A DNA stretch of 63,427 bases, filler included, from Eubacteriales bacterium (lineage in GTDB: Bacteria; Bacillota; Clostridia; Oscillospirales; CAG-382): the NCBI GenBank assembly GCA_045636665.1. It is 5 parts of 5 records of this genome, joined end to end, with 100 filler letters (N's around TTAATTAATTAA, not from the genome) between each part and the next. Parts side by side here need not be neighbours in the genome. Positions count along the whole stretch, not along the records: positions 26,016 to 41,303 come from JAZTXY010000023.1; positions 41,404 to 53,621 come from JAZTXY010000025.1; 3 more parts are not named here. One strand, given 5' to 3'. Below the pieces are notes generated by a model. The model did not search any database. It saw only the letters and a list, made by a program, of their open reading frames with translations, and was not told where the DNA came from. A program made the translations under genes and the position numbers. The first letter of the stretch is position 1. Every line of letters begins with the position of its first letter. Below, in pieces: positions 39,922-51,097 of this stretch.

Positions 39922-39951
39922 AAAAAGCCGTTGCAATGCAACGGCTTTTTT
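39922..39951. terminator. bidirectional intrinsic terminator
   Basis: AAAAAGCCGTTGCA-A-TGCAACGGCTTTTTT. Confidence 0.85.
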
Positions 39952-39969
39952 AGTTATGCTGTTTTAAAA

Positions 39970-40722
39970 TTAAGCGTAAACTTCGATTTCGTTAAGGAAT
40001 ACGAAGGTGCCGAGAAGGGTGATGTCGATCTTAACGTAACGTGCGGTGCCTTCAACTTCGAGTTCGGACCAGTAAACCTTACCGTCGTGAGTGGTGTCTT
40101 CTGCGGATGCGATGTAAAGGGGCATCTTGCCTGCTCTTTCGAAGCTTTCGCCATCGTTAGAGAAGGAAACGAAAACCTTTTCGGGGGAGCAGATACCTGC
40201 GCCGGTGTTGTTTGCCAAGTTGATTCTGATAGCGTTGATATTCTGTTCGGAGCCGAGGTCGATGATAACGTAGCCCTGCTTGTCGGGAGCGTTGAGGATC
40301 GAATTATCGGTGCCGTTGCAGTAGAATGCAAACCAGCTTCCGTCATAAGCCATAGCGTTGTTTGCTTGGCCGTCGGTAAGATTTGCGGTATAGATATCGC
40401 GGCCAACGCCGGTACCGGAAATGGTGTAAGACTTGTTAAGAGCAACGTTAGTGCCTTCGGTGGTGATAGGATCGCCGGGTTCTACGTTGGGAGTTTCGTC
40501 TTCAGGTTCGCTAACGTCTTCAGGTTCAGAAGATTCGGTAGCAGCTTCAGAAGATTCGGTAGCTGCTTCGGAAGATTCGGTAGCAGCTTCAGAGGATTCG
40601 GTTACTGCTTCAGAAGATTCGGTTGCGGGGGTGGAGCTTGTTTCGGTTTCGTCGCCGCAAGCAGCAAGAACACCGCAAGTGAGAACGAGAACGAGAGCAA
40701 GCACGAGGGAAAGCTTTTTCAT
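39970..40722 (-). CDS. lipoprotein with TESSEAA repeats and discoidin (F5/8 type C)-like domain
   Basis: Lipobox LAAC; NVALNK, LTDG, IDLG, ARYVKI, EIEVY. Confidence 0.85.
   Translation of the reverse strand: MKKLSLVLALVLVLTCGVLAACGDETETSSTPATESSEAVTESSEAATESSEAATESSEAATESSEPEDVSEPEDETPNVEPGDPITTEGTNVALNKSYTISGTGVGRDIYTANLTDGQANNAMAYDGSWFAFYCNGTDNSILNAPDKQGYVIIDLGSEQNINAIRINLANNTGAGICSPEKVFVSFSNDGESFERAGKMPLYIASAEDTTHDGKVYWSELEVEGTARYVKIDITLLGTFVFLNEIEVYA
40525..40623. repeat. 21-bp coding tandem repeat, about 4.7 copies (TESSEAA)
   Basis: TTCAGAAGATTCGGTAGCAGC units starting at 40525, 40546, 40567, 40588, 40609. Confidence 0.9.
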
Positions 40723-40839
40723 TGTCAAATATCTCCTTGTATTTTTAGTTTGACTTATTATACTACTCTTTTGCCGTTCTGTCAATAGAAAAAAAGAGCG
40801 TCCTTATTCAGAACGCTCTTTATGTGTTAGTCGGTTGAA

Positions 40840-41303
40840 TTATTCAGCTACGCCGTAAATTTCAACTTCGGAAACGAACATCCAGCCGCCTCTGTTAAGA
40901 CGGAACTGAACGTACTGTGCGTTTGCAGCAGCATCGAGGTCGATAACGGTTTCGATAACGGAAACGCTTTCATCATCTTCGGGAACAATGCCGCCAACAA
41001 CTTCGAAGGTTTCGCCATCGGTAGAAACAGCGATTTCGATAGTCATATTGGAAGCGCCGATACCGTTGCCGAGACCGGAGGAGCCGAGCTGAACAACTGC
41101 CTTAGCAATGTCGGTAGCTTCGCCGAGGTCAATGGTGATCCAGGAATAACCGGTTTCTGCATAGTTGGGATGTACGCCGGTCCAACCAGTCCAAACTGCA
41201 TCGCTGTATGCTGCGTCGGTAGCTGCGATAACGCCGTCGGTCATGGTCTTGTCTTCTTCATCGGGATATGCAACGGGAGCGTTTTCGTCCCAGCCCCAAC
41301 CCA
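40840..41303 (-). CDS. discoidin-like domain protein, C-terminal part (5' truncated)
   Basis: YPDE..MTDG, IDLG, VSTDG, AQYVQF, FVSEVEIYG. Confidence 0.8.
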
Positions 41304-41403
41304 NNNNNNNNNNNNNNNNNNNNNNNNNNNNNNNNNNNNNNNNNNNNTTAATTAATTAANNNNNNNNNNNNNNNNNNNNNNNNNNNNNNNNNNNNNNNNN
41401 NNN
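41304..41403. other. artificial contig linker
   Basis: N44-TTAATTAATTAA-N44. Confidence 0.99.
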
Positions 41404-44400
41404 GTCACGCTGTCGGGAATAGTCACCGAGGTGATAGAGGTGTTATCCTTGAACGCCTCATAACCGATTGCGGTGACGGTATATCCGTTGATTTTAGAAG
41501 GGATAACCAAATCGGTATCGGTGCATTCTCCAATGCCCGTTATCGTGCAGGTCGTTCCGTCGGAATTAACGGTGTAGGATAAGCCGACCGAGCTGTATTC
41601 GCCGTTATAATAGATAATCGCGTTGATGAGTGAGGTGTTAGTGTCATCAATGTAGATTTGGCTCCATTGAGCTTTTGTGCCGTTATAATTCACTTCGGTT
41701 AACTCGTCGCAATCGTGGAACGCATAGGTATAAATATGGGTAACACTGCTCGGAAGGGTAAACGAGATTAAAGCGGTACAGTTTTGGAACGCGGCGTTGT
41801 TGATGGATTTAACACCTTCACCGATAATCAGCTCGGTAAGACTTGTGCAGCTGCGGAAAGAATTTGAGCTGATGGTGTTGATGCTTCCGGGGATAGTAAC
41901 CGAAGTTAAAGCAGTGCAAGCCTTGAAGGCGTATTGACCTATGCCGGTCATTCCTTCGGGAAGTATTACCTCGGTCAAAGCGATGCACTGTGCAAACGCT
42001 TCATAGCCGAGATAATTCAATCCGTTGCCGAAGTCAACATTGGTGATGCTTGTGCAGTTATAGAATGCGCCGTCGCTGATTGTGATTACGCTGTCGGGGA
42101 TTGTCACCGACGTCAATTCGGTACGATACTGAAATGCTCTGTCTTTGATTGCCGTAACCTTATAACCGTCGATCACTTCGGGAATTATCAAATCGGTATC
42201 TTTGCAGGTGCCGATACCGGTAATCGTGCAGGTTGTTCCGTCGGGATTGACGGTGTAGGATAAGCCGACGGACGCGGGCTTGTAGTTATAGTGAATCGTT
42301 GCGTCGGTGAGAAAAGAGTTGCCAATGGTTACGATAGTGATACTGTTCCATTCTGCATCAGAGCCCTCGTAGTAAACGTCTTTAATGCCGGAACACCAAT
42401 CAAAAGCATATGCCTCGACCGTAGTAAGACTCTTCGGGAGAGTAACAGAAATCAAATTTGAGCAGGAGTAAAACGCTTCCTTATCAATTCTGTTAACACT
42501 GCTTCCAAAAACTATCTCTTTAAGGCCGTAACAGCAATAAAATGCGGTCTTGCCGATATAAGTAACGTTATCGGGTATAGTGACCGAGGTTAACGCTTCG
42601 CATTCGTAGAACGCGTTTGATTCAATGCGGGTTATATTGTTGCCGAAAACGATTTCGTTAAGAGCTTCGCATTGGAAGAACGTGCCGGAATCAATTTTAG
42701 TAACGCCTTCGGGAATGATAATCGAGGTAAGAGCCGAGCAACCGGAAAATGCGTACGAGCCAAGGGTTGTAAGGCCTTTTCCGAGTGTTACGGTCTCAAG
42801 CCTATAGCAACTCGCGAAAGCGTCATGCTCGATAGTGGTAACGCTATCGGGAATAGTGATAGAGGTTAAAGCGGTGCAGTAATAAAACGCATTGTCCCCG
42901 ATTGTTTTAACACTCGAGCCGAGAACTACTTCCTTAAGAGCCGTACAGCTATCGAATGCTTTCGAACCGATAGAGGTTACGTTAGGCAGTGTAGCCGAGG
43001 TCAAAGCGTAGCAATGGCTGAATGCACCGTTCTCGATAACGGTAACGCTATTGGGAATATCGACAGACGTTAAGGCGGAACAATATGCGAAAGCAGAGGC
43101 TCCTATGGTTTCCACGCCGTTGCCGATAACGAGCTCTTTAAGATTGCTGCAACCGTAAAAGGCTTCTTTTCCGATTGTTTTAACACTGTCGGGGATAGTT
43201 ACGGAGGTCAAAGCGGTACAGAGGTAAAAGGTCTTTTCATCGATATACGTAATGCCTTTGGGCAAAACAACGCTTTGCAACGAGCATTCATAAAAGGCGT
43301 TCGAGTAAATATCGGTAACGCTGTCGGGAATGACAACACTTTTTATCTCTGTGTTTCCCGAAAATGCCCAGTTGCAGATCGCAGTAACCTTATATCCGTC
43401 GATCACTTCGGGGATTACGATATCGGTATCCGTACAAGTGCCGATACCGGTTATCGTGCAGGTTACACCGTCGGGGTTGACGGAGTAATCCAAGCCAACG
43501 GACGCGGGCTTGTAGTTATAGTGAATCGTTGCGTTGTCGATATAGTAGCCGCTTACGATGTAGATATTAGCCCAATCTTCTTCGGTACCGGAGTAATATA
43601 TGTCGGTAAGACTTTTACAACCATAGAATGCTTCAAAGTTAATTTCGGTTACATTGATGCCAATGGTAACGTTATTAAGGCTTTCGCAACCGCTAAATGC
43701 AGAGTAGGCAATCGAAGTAACGCTGTCGGGAATGATAATGCTCGTGAGGCTTGCGCAACTATTGAACACACCATCGTTAATTGTTGTGATTTGGTTGGGT
43801 AAGGTAACATCAGTAAGACTTGTGCAGTAATAAAATGCCCAACTGCCAATTGAAGTGACGCTGTTAGGAATAGTAACGCTTGTAAGCTCTATGCAATCGG
43901 AGAATGCGTTATTGCCAACAGCGGTAACCTTATATCCATCGATCTCCGAGGGGATTACGATATCGGTATCCGTACAAGTGCCGATGCCGGTTATCGTGCA
44001 GGTTGTGCCGTCCGAGTTAACAGAGTAGTCGAATTGTTCTGCGGGAGCTTCGGGCTCGCCGAGGTAGCGGATTGTAGCGTTTAAGAGGTAGTCGTTGCCG
44101 GTAACGTCGATAGAAATATTTGCCCAATCGTCTTTGGAACCTTCATAATATACATCGGTGAGGTTGGAGCAGGAGTAGAATGCATATGCACCGATAGTTT
44201 CAATGCCGTTACCGAGATTAACGTTTTGAAGCTTTTCGCAGTAATAAAAAGCATAGTTGCCAATGGAAATGGCGGTGTTCGGAAGAGTGATTTCGGATAA
44301 TATATCGCAAGATGCAAATGAGTAATTGCCGATATTAATTACATTGCTTCCTATATTAACTAACGTAAGCTTGGAGCAATCAAAGAAAGCATAATCACCG

Positions 44401-47400
44401 ATAGAGATAACGCTGTCGGGAATAGTAACGCTCGATAACGTATTTTGCTTTTTAAAAGCGTCATTGCCTATTGCAGTAACTTTGTAACCGTCGATTTCCG
44501 AGGGGATTACCAAGTCGGTACCGCGGAAGCTTCCGATGCCGGTGATAGTACAGCTTACACCGTCGTTGTTAATGCTATATGACGGAGCTTCGAGTTTGCC
44601 ATTATAATAATTATTCGCAATGGTAAGATATTCGTTGTTTGCTTTAATGGTCATTTGGCACCATTTTTCATATGTGCCGGTATAATATACGTCCTTTAAA
44701 GCGGCGCAGTTATAGAAAGCGTATTCATAGATATAAGTACAGCTTTCGGGGATGGTAATGGACTGCAATGCGGTACATTCCGAGAATGCGGATTTTTCAA
44801 TACAGTTCGTGCCGTTTTCAATAATAACCTCGGTTAAGTTCGAACAGCCGGCAAAAGCGTATTCACCTATCCTCCAGCTGCGAATAGTGATTTTTTTCAA
44901 GCCGTAGCAATATCTGAAGGCATAGCTGACTATTTGCTCGACTTGACCTTCAAATGTTACGTTGGCGAGATTCGAGCAGCCGTTGAAAGCTCCGCGGCCT
45001 ATTACTGTCACGTTTTTAGGAATAGTTACGTCGACAAGACTACTGCAGTTATGGAATGCGTATTGACCGATTACTGTTATGCTATCGGGGAGCTTTATGT
45101 TGACAAGGTTATAGCATCCGTAAAACGTATATTCGGCGATTTGGGTAACGCCGTCGGGGATTTCGATTCCGGAAATTCCGCATTCTGCGAACGCATAATG
45201 GCCAATCGAGTGAACACTGTCGGAAATTCTTATTTCGGTTAGGTCGTAGCATTGGCTGAAAGCTTCGTCATAGATAAATTCGGTATTAGTATTAATGATA
45301 CAGCTTGTGATGTTTTTATTGGCGGCTTTGATCAAAACCATATAAGGGTTAGATGCAGAACCAATATAAAGAGCGTTATCATACTCGGTGTACTGTAAGC
45401 TCTTACAGCAATAGAATGCATAATCGCCTATCGACTTTAAGTTGTCGGGAAGGACAATAGAGGTTACAGCGGTGCAGTAATAAAAGGCAGAGCTATGAAT
45501 TTCTGTAACGCTGTTGGGGATAATAATCGACGTTAATGAGCTATTATAAAGGAATGCCTGTTCGCCAATCGCGGTAACGGTATAACCGTCGATCTCAGAG
45601 GGGATTACAAGGTCGGTATCGGTGCAAGTGCCGATGCCGGTAATGGTGCAGGTAACACCGTCGGGGTTGACGGAGTATTTCAATCCCGTTGAGGACGGTT
45701 TTAACGGCTCGACGTACGAATCGGTGAAGCTATAGCCGCACTCGGTACAGGTGTGGGTGGTGAAGCCTTGGTCGGATTCGGTGGGGGGAGTTACTGTTGA
45801 GGTGTAATTATGCTCGCTCTTTTCGCCGATATCGCCGCAGGAGCATTCCTTCCAGTGATATGCACCGTCGTTCATCCAATCACCATAAGTATGGTGGATT
45901 GTGGGAATAGGCGCGGTTTCCTCGTTGCCGCAAAGGGTGCAGGTCTGCTTTTTCAAGCCTGTGCTCGAGCAGGTCGGTTCGGTCACGGTTTCCCAATCGC
46001 CGTAATTGTGGTCGCACTTGGGAACGTAATCGAAAACAACGTCGGAATCGACGATGGCGTCGTTGCCGTTTTTGAAATCAATGTCCTTCCAATTATCGGC
46101 AGAGCCTGTATAATTGATTTCGATAAGCTTGTTGCAGCCCGTAAATGCGTTATCGCCGACAGCGATCAACGATTTGCCGATAGTGATGCTTGTAAGTTCT
46201 TTACAATTATAGAACGCGCCGCTTCCGACATATTTGACTGCGTCGGGGAGTATGATGCTCGGTAAAGCGGTACAGCCGTAAAAGGCATATTCGCCTATCT
46301 CGGTCACGCTGTCACCGATAATGATGATAACTATGAAAATACAGTTGCGGAAGGCATCGTTGCCGATGACGGTGACGTCGCCCGAAATGTTGATACTGAT
46401 AATGCTGGTACAGCCGTAAAATGCATAATCGTTGATTTCGGTAATACCGTCGGGAATGGTTACGTCGGTAACGAGTTGATTGTTGAAGTAAAGGTTAGCG
46501 CCGCGGTTGCAGGGGTTTGCATTTCCGTCGCTGAAGGTTATATCAAGCCAATTTGAAATATCGCCGTTGTAATAAACGTTCTTTAATTTAACGCAGGCGT
46601 GGAAGGCGAATCTGCCTATCGATTTAACGCTGCTCGGGATAGTGATCTGTTCGAGATTATCACATCCGTAGAATGCGTTGATGCCGATCTCCTCAACGCC
46701 CTCGGCGATAATAATTACAACGATATAAATACAGTTGTTGAACGCATTGTTGCCGATAACGGTTACGTTGCCCGTAATATTTACGTTTATAATACTGGTA
46801 CAGCCGAAGAATGCGTTATCGCCGATCTCGGTAACGCTTGTGGGAATAATTACGTCGGTAACGAGGTGATTGTTGAAGAAAAGCCTTGCGCCGTTACAGC
46901 AGGGGTTGGAATTGCCGAGATAAAATTCGATATTAAGCCAATCGGTAAGCTCACCTTGATAATAGACGTCCTTTAAATTTTCGCATTCCAAGAAAGCTCC
47001 GTTTTCAATCAACGTAACGCTGCTCGGAATTGTGATTTCTTTAAGGTTTTGACATCCGTTAAAGGCGTCCTTTGCAATATGGGTAACTGTATCGGGGATG
47101 ATAACGATAATAATGATGACGCAGTTATAGAAAGCACCATCGCCGATGGCGGTAACGGTATAGCCGTCGATCTCCGAGGGGATAGTAAGCTCGCTGCCTT
47201 CAAAATCACCGATGCCGGTGATAGTGCAGGTATTGCCGTCGGAATTGACCGAATAAGACAATCCTTTTTTGGGCGGAGCGATAGGGTCGACGTAGGAATC
47301 GATATAGCTGTCGCCGCACTTGTCGCAGGTGTGTGTGGTATAGCCCTTGTCGGTTACGGTCGGAGGAGTTACGACGGGGATATAGTTATGGTCACAAGTG

Positions 47401-47717
47401 ATTTCGTCCATCGGGATGGTATAAGTGCCCATCACGTGGCGCTTGACGAGAATATAGTCAAATTTATCGATCGTTCCGCTTTTGTTAACGTCGCCGCGCA
47501 AAAGCTGCTCGTCGTTAAGCTTGATTGTGCCCATACAGTAACGCTTGACGATGATATAGTCGAACTTGTCGATTTCGCCGTTGCCGTTAAGGTCGCCGTG
47601 ATAATAGACGGAATTTACGGTCGCGGCTTGTGCAATAACCGCAGTTGTGGGAAGTATGCAGGTTGAGATAACCAAAATGACCGCGATAATTGCCGAAAGA
47701 AAATTAAATCGTTTCAT
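41404..47717 (-). CDS. very large secreted protein: dockerin, His/Cys repeats and multiple BspA-type (LRR_5) blocks; 3' truncated
   Basis: Signal peptide; GDLNGNGEIDKFDY...GDVNKSGTIDKFDY dockerin pair; many C..L.S..IP.SV..IG..AF repeats; seven YSVN.DG.TCTITGIG cap modules. Confidence 0.92.
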
Positions 47718-47860
47718 TATGTGCCCCTCACTTGATTTATTATATATGTAGAAATTTTAACACCTTGTTCATAAAAAGTCAATCGACTGTCGGCAAAAAG
47801 TCATAAAAAATCAACGAAACGGGAAGCCGAAAACTTTTAATGCTTTCTTGAAAAACACTA

Positions 47861-47914
47861 TTGACAAAATACAAACGCGGTGATATAATCATCGATACCG
47901 AACAGATGTTCGGT
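47861..47914 (+). promoter_or_regulatory. sigma-A promoter with LexA (SOS) box at the transcription start
   Basis: TTGACA 47861-47866, 17 bp, TGaTATAAT 47881-47889; ACCGAACAGATGTTCGGT 47897-47914 contains CGAAC-N4-GTTCG. Confidence 0.85.
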
Positions 47915-48014
47915 GTGTGTGGAGTCGGAAACGCGGTTAGCTCCATCCGCGCCCGATTGAGAGTGGGGGCAACCCCGATATTTAAGGATTTATTTTATGA
48001 CGAAAGGATGAAAA

Positions 48015-48452
48015 ATGGACTACAGAGAATACGCAAAGGATCTTCTTGCAAGAAAAAACAGCCTTGTTTCGGCTTACGGTGCGATTAAGGACGAGCTTCG
48101 GGTTTTGGAAATTGAAAAGACCGCCTGTAAGGGGCTTATGAACGAATGTGAGTTATTGGGAAGGGACAAAAGCCTTTATGAGGACAGATTTATCAATACC
48201 TTGGCGAACCTTGACGATTGCCGATTTCGGTTAAGCGTCGTCGAGCGTGAGCTTACAAAAATCGAAAAGGGAATGAGCCGTCTTGACGATTACGAACGCG
48301 CTTTGCTTGAAACCTTTTACGTCGAGCGCCTTACCGATGCCGCCGAGGAGCTTATGGACAAATATTTCCGTGAGCGCTCGAGCGTGTACCGCGATAAAAA
48401 CCGCGCGCTTGATACCTTTACAAGGTCGATATACGGGGTTTTGCAATTATAA
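48015..48452 (+). CDS. ArpU/RinA/DUF1492-like transcriptional regulator
   Basis: Coiled N-terminus; C-terminal L...ER.LL..FY......A.......SSVYR.K..AL..F....YG sigma-region-4-like HTH. Confidence 0.7.
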   Translation: MDYREYAKDLLARKNSLVSAYGAIKDELRVLEIEKTACKGLMNECELLGRDKSLYEDRFINTLANLDDCRFRLSVVERELTKIEKGMSRLDDYERALLETFYVERLTDAAEELMDKYFRERSSVYRDKNRALDTFTRSIYGVLQL

Positions 48453-48502
48453 ATAAAAAAAGAATCCGTCCACTCGGTAAACCTACCGTTTGGGCGGATT
48501 GT

Positions 48503-48955
48503 TTATTTCTTTTTTAGTTTTCTTGCGACCGCAATTACCAATATCGCCGTTAATGCGCCGTACAGGTCTATCAAAACGTCGCGCCATTCGGGCGAGCGTC
48601 CCGATGTATTGCGTTGTATTACAAATTCGTCGAAAAGCGCAACCAAAAACGAAATTGCCGGCGCTGTTGTTAAGGAGGTCTTTTCCTTGAAAAACCGCTT
48701 TAAAACCTTATATACAAGCAAGGTCAGCGCGAAATAACCCAAAAAATGTGCGGTTTTGCGAACGTAAAACGAAACGGTCAGCTCCTTGCACTCGATGCCG
48801 AAAAAGGCAAGAACGGGCATTATCATATCGACGAATATACCGCTTATTTGTGCGCTTTTATCGGCATCCTGCGCCGAATTGTAAAATAAAAAGAAACAAA
48901 ATAGTATTGCGGCGGCGACCGAAACAGCCGCCGCTGCCATTTTACGTTTATTCAT
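48503..48955 (-). CDS. VanZ family membrane protein
   Basis: SAQ....S...S, RKTAHF.GY, DEF.IQ....GR....DVLID. Confidence 0.88.
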   Translation of the reverse strand: MNKRKMAAAAVSVAAAILFCFFLFYNSAQDADKSAQISGIFVDMIMPVLAFFGIECKELTVSFYVRKTAHFLGYFALTLLVYKVLKRFFKEKTSLTTAPAISFLVALFDEFVIQRNTSGRSPEWRDVLIDLYGALTAILVIAVARKLKKK

Positions 48956-48957
48956 TG

Positions 48958-50619
48958 TTATTGCCCAAGCATTTCCTCGGCTGCTTTAAGCACTGTTTCG
49001 GTGACGTTTACACCGCCCATAATGCGCGCAAGCTCGTCACGTCTGCCGAGTCGGTCGAGCTTTTCGACGTTGGTGATAACTCTGCCGTCGGTTTCCTTTT
49101 TGGAGATCTTATAATGAGCGTCTGCCTTTGCGGCGAGTATTGCCGAGTGGGTAACGCAGATAATTTGCGTTTTCTTGCCGTCGGTTGCGTTTTTAAGGCG
49201 GATGCCTATTTTTTCGCTCGTTCTGCCCGAAACACCGGTGTCGATTTCGTCGAAGATAAGCGTTCCGATCGATTCACTGTCGGCAAAAACGCATTTTAAG
49301 CAGAGCATAATTCGCGAAAGCTCACCGCCCCATGCAATTTTTGACAACGGCTTGGGCTCTTCACCCTTATTCGCCGAAATGAGAAATTCGGCAAAATCCT
49401 TGCCGTTTTCGGTAAAGTTGCTTTGGCGCATGGTAACCGAGAATCTCACTCCCGGCATATCAAGCTCGTTAAGCTCTTCCGAAACGCGCTCGCACAGCAT
49501 ACCTGCGGCGATCCTTCTTGTGGAGGTAAGCGCTTCGCCCGCTTCGAACAACGCCTTTTTGGCAATTGCAAGCTCTTTTGTAAGGCGTTCCTTTTCTTCC
49601 TCGGCGTTTTCGCTTACTTCAAGCTCGTTTTTCCATTCCTCCAAAAGCTCGGGGAAGGTGTTTGCATCTACGCGGTATTTCTTTTCAAGCTTTTTGATAA
49701 GCTCAAGGCGTGTTTCAACGTCGTCAAGACGCGCTTGAACGTTTTCGCCGTCGGTATCGGTATATGCTTTTACGGTGTCGGCAATATCCAAGAGCTCGTA
49801 TTTTGTGTTTTCAAGACGGCTGTAAAGCTCGTCGGCTTCGGGGATTATGCCCAAAAGAGAGGATACAGCGCCGATTGCGGTATCGACCGATTCGATTGCC
49901 GAGCCGTCACGAGCATAAAGCATAGCGTATGCCTCGCTCGCGTTCGATACGATTTTTTCGCTGTTTGCAAGTCGTTTTCTTTCGGCTTCAAGCTCGTCAC
50001 GTTCGCCGACCTTGACGTTAGCCGATTTTAATTCGTTTACGCGGTATTTAAGCATATCTAAGCGCAATTCCCGTTCGCGCTCATCCTCGTTTAACGAATC
50101 GAGCTTTTGCTCGACAGACTTGAATACATTATATTTTTCGGTATATACGTTAAAGACCGATTCGTTCTTTGCAAAGGAATCGAGCATCGACAGCTGTCTG
50201 CCGTTATCGGCACACGCTTGGGTATCCTGCTGACCGTGGATGGAAAGAAGCTGCGACATAACCGCCTTAAGTCTTGAAAGCGGAACGTTTCTGCCGTTTA
50301 TTTTTGCGCTCGAGCGCCCGTCACGCGATATCTTGCGCAAAACGGCAATCGTGCCGTCTTCCTCTGGCTCGATATCATATTCGGCAAGATGCTTTTTTGC
50401 GGTATCGTTTACCGAAAAAATACCCTCGACCGTCGCTTCATCCTCACCCGTGCGGATGATATCCTTATCGCTTCTTGCACCGCAAAGCAGTCCCAACGAA
50501 TCGATAATAATACTTTTACCCGCACCCGTTTCGCCCGTGAAGGCACAAAAGCCGCAATCGGGCTCGAGCGAAAGCTTTTTTATCAGCGCGATGTTTTCAA
50601 TATAAATCGAATTCAGCAT
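48958..50619 (-). CDS. recN: DNA repair protein RecN
   Basis: TGETGAGKSIIIDS, IHGQ, GGELSRIML, IFDEIDTGVSG, ELARIMGG. Confidence 0.97.
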   Translation of the reverse strand: MLNSIYIENIALIKKLSLEPDCGFCAFTGETGAGKSIIIDSLGLLCGARSDKDIIRTGEDEATVEGIFSVNDTAKKHLAEYDIEPEEDGTIAVLRKISRDGRSSAKINGRNVPLSRLKAVMSQLLSIHGQQDTQACADNGRQLSMLDSFAKNESVFNVYTEKYNVFKSVEQKLDSLNEDERERELRLDMLKYRVNELKSANVKVGERDELEAERKRLANSEKIVSNASEAYAMLYARDGSAIESVDTAIGAVSSLLGIIPEADELYSRLENTKYELLDIADTVKAYTDTDGENVQARLDDVETRLELIKKLEKKYRVDANTFPELLEEWKNELEVSENAEEEKERLTKELAIAKKALFEAGEALTSTRRIAAGMLCERVSEELNELDMPGVRFSVTMRQSNFTENGKDFAEFLISANKGEEPKPLSKIAWGGELSRIMLCLKCVFADSESIGTLIFDEIDTGVSGRTSEKIGIRLKNATDGKKTQIICVTHSAILAAKADAHYKISKKETDGRVITNVEKLDRLGRRDELARIMGGVNVTETVLKAAEEMLGQ

Positions 50620-50634
50620 AAATTACTCCGAATT

Positions 50635-51084
50635 TCAGATCAGATCTTTAAGTATTGCGGTAATTTCCGAAGCGTTTTCGTTATCGCTTGCGATGATAAG
50701 CAAAGTATCGTCACCCGCGAGCGTGCCGATAACGCCCGACAATTCCATTTGGTCGACCGCCGCACCTGCGGCAGAGCCCATACCCGTGTAGGTCTTTACG
50801 ACGATAAGGTTGTTTGCGCACGCGACCGATGCGACCGCTTGGCGGAGAATAAACGCAAATTTACTGCTTATTTCAACCGAAATATGCTCCTTGCCTGCGC
50901 GGTATTTGTAATTTCCGTCGCCGTTGTTCGATTTAACGATGCCGAGCTCGCGGATATCGCGCGATACCGTCGCTTGAGTGACGTTAAATCCGCATTCCTT
51001 TAATTTTGCCTGAAGCTCCTCTTGGGTGTCGATGTTATGTTCTTTTATAAGCTCAAGTATTTTTGACTGTCTTATACTTTTCAT
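50635..51084 (-). CDS. argR: arginine repressor
   Basis: TQEEL, VTQATVSRDIREL, GTLAGDDT. Confidence 0.97.
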   Translation of the reverse strand: MKSIRQSKILELIKEHNIDTQEELQAKLKECGFNVTQATVSRDIRELGIVKSNNGDGNYKYRAGKEHISVEISSKFAFILRQAVASVACANNLIVVKTYTGMGSAAGAAVDQMELSGVIGTLAGDDTLLIIASDNENASEITAILKDLI

Positions 51085-51097
51085 AATCGTCGGTCCT

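Noticed and set aside
41404..47717. Diversity-generating retroelement target
   Set aside because: No reverse transcriptase or template repeat; differences between repeats are not adenine-specific
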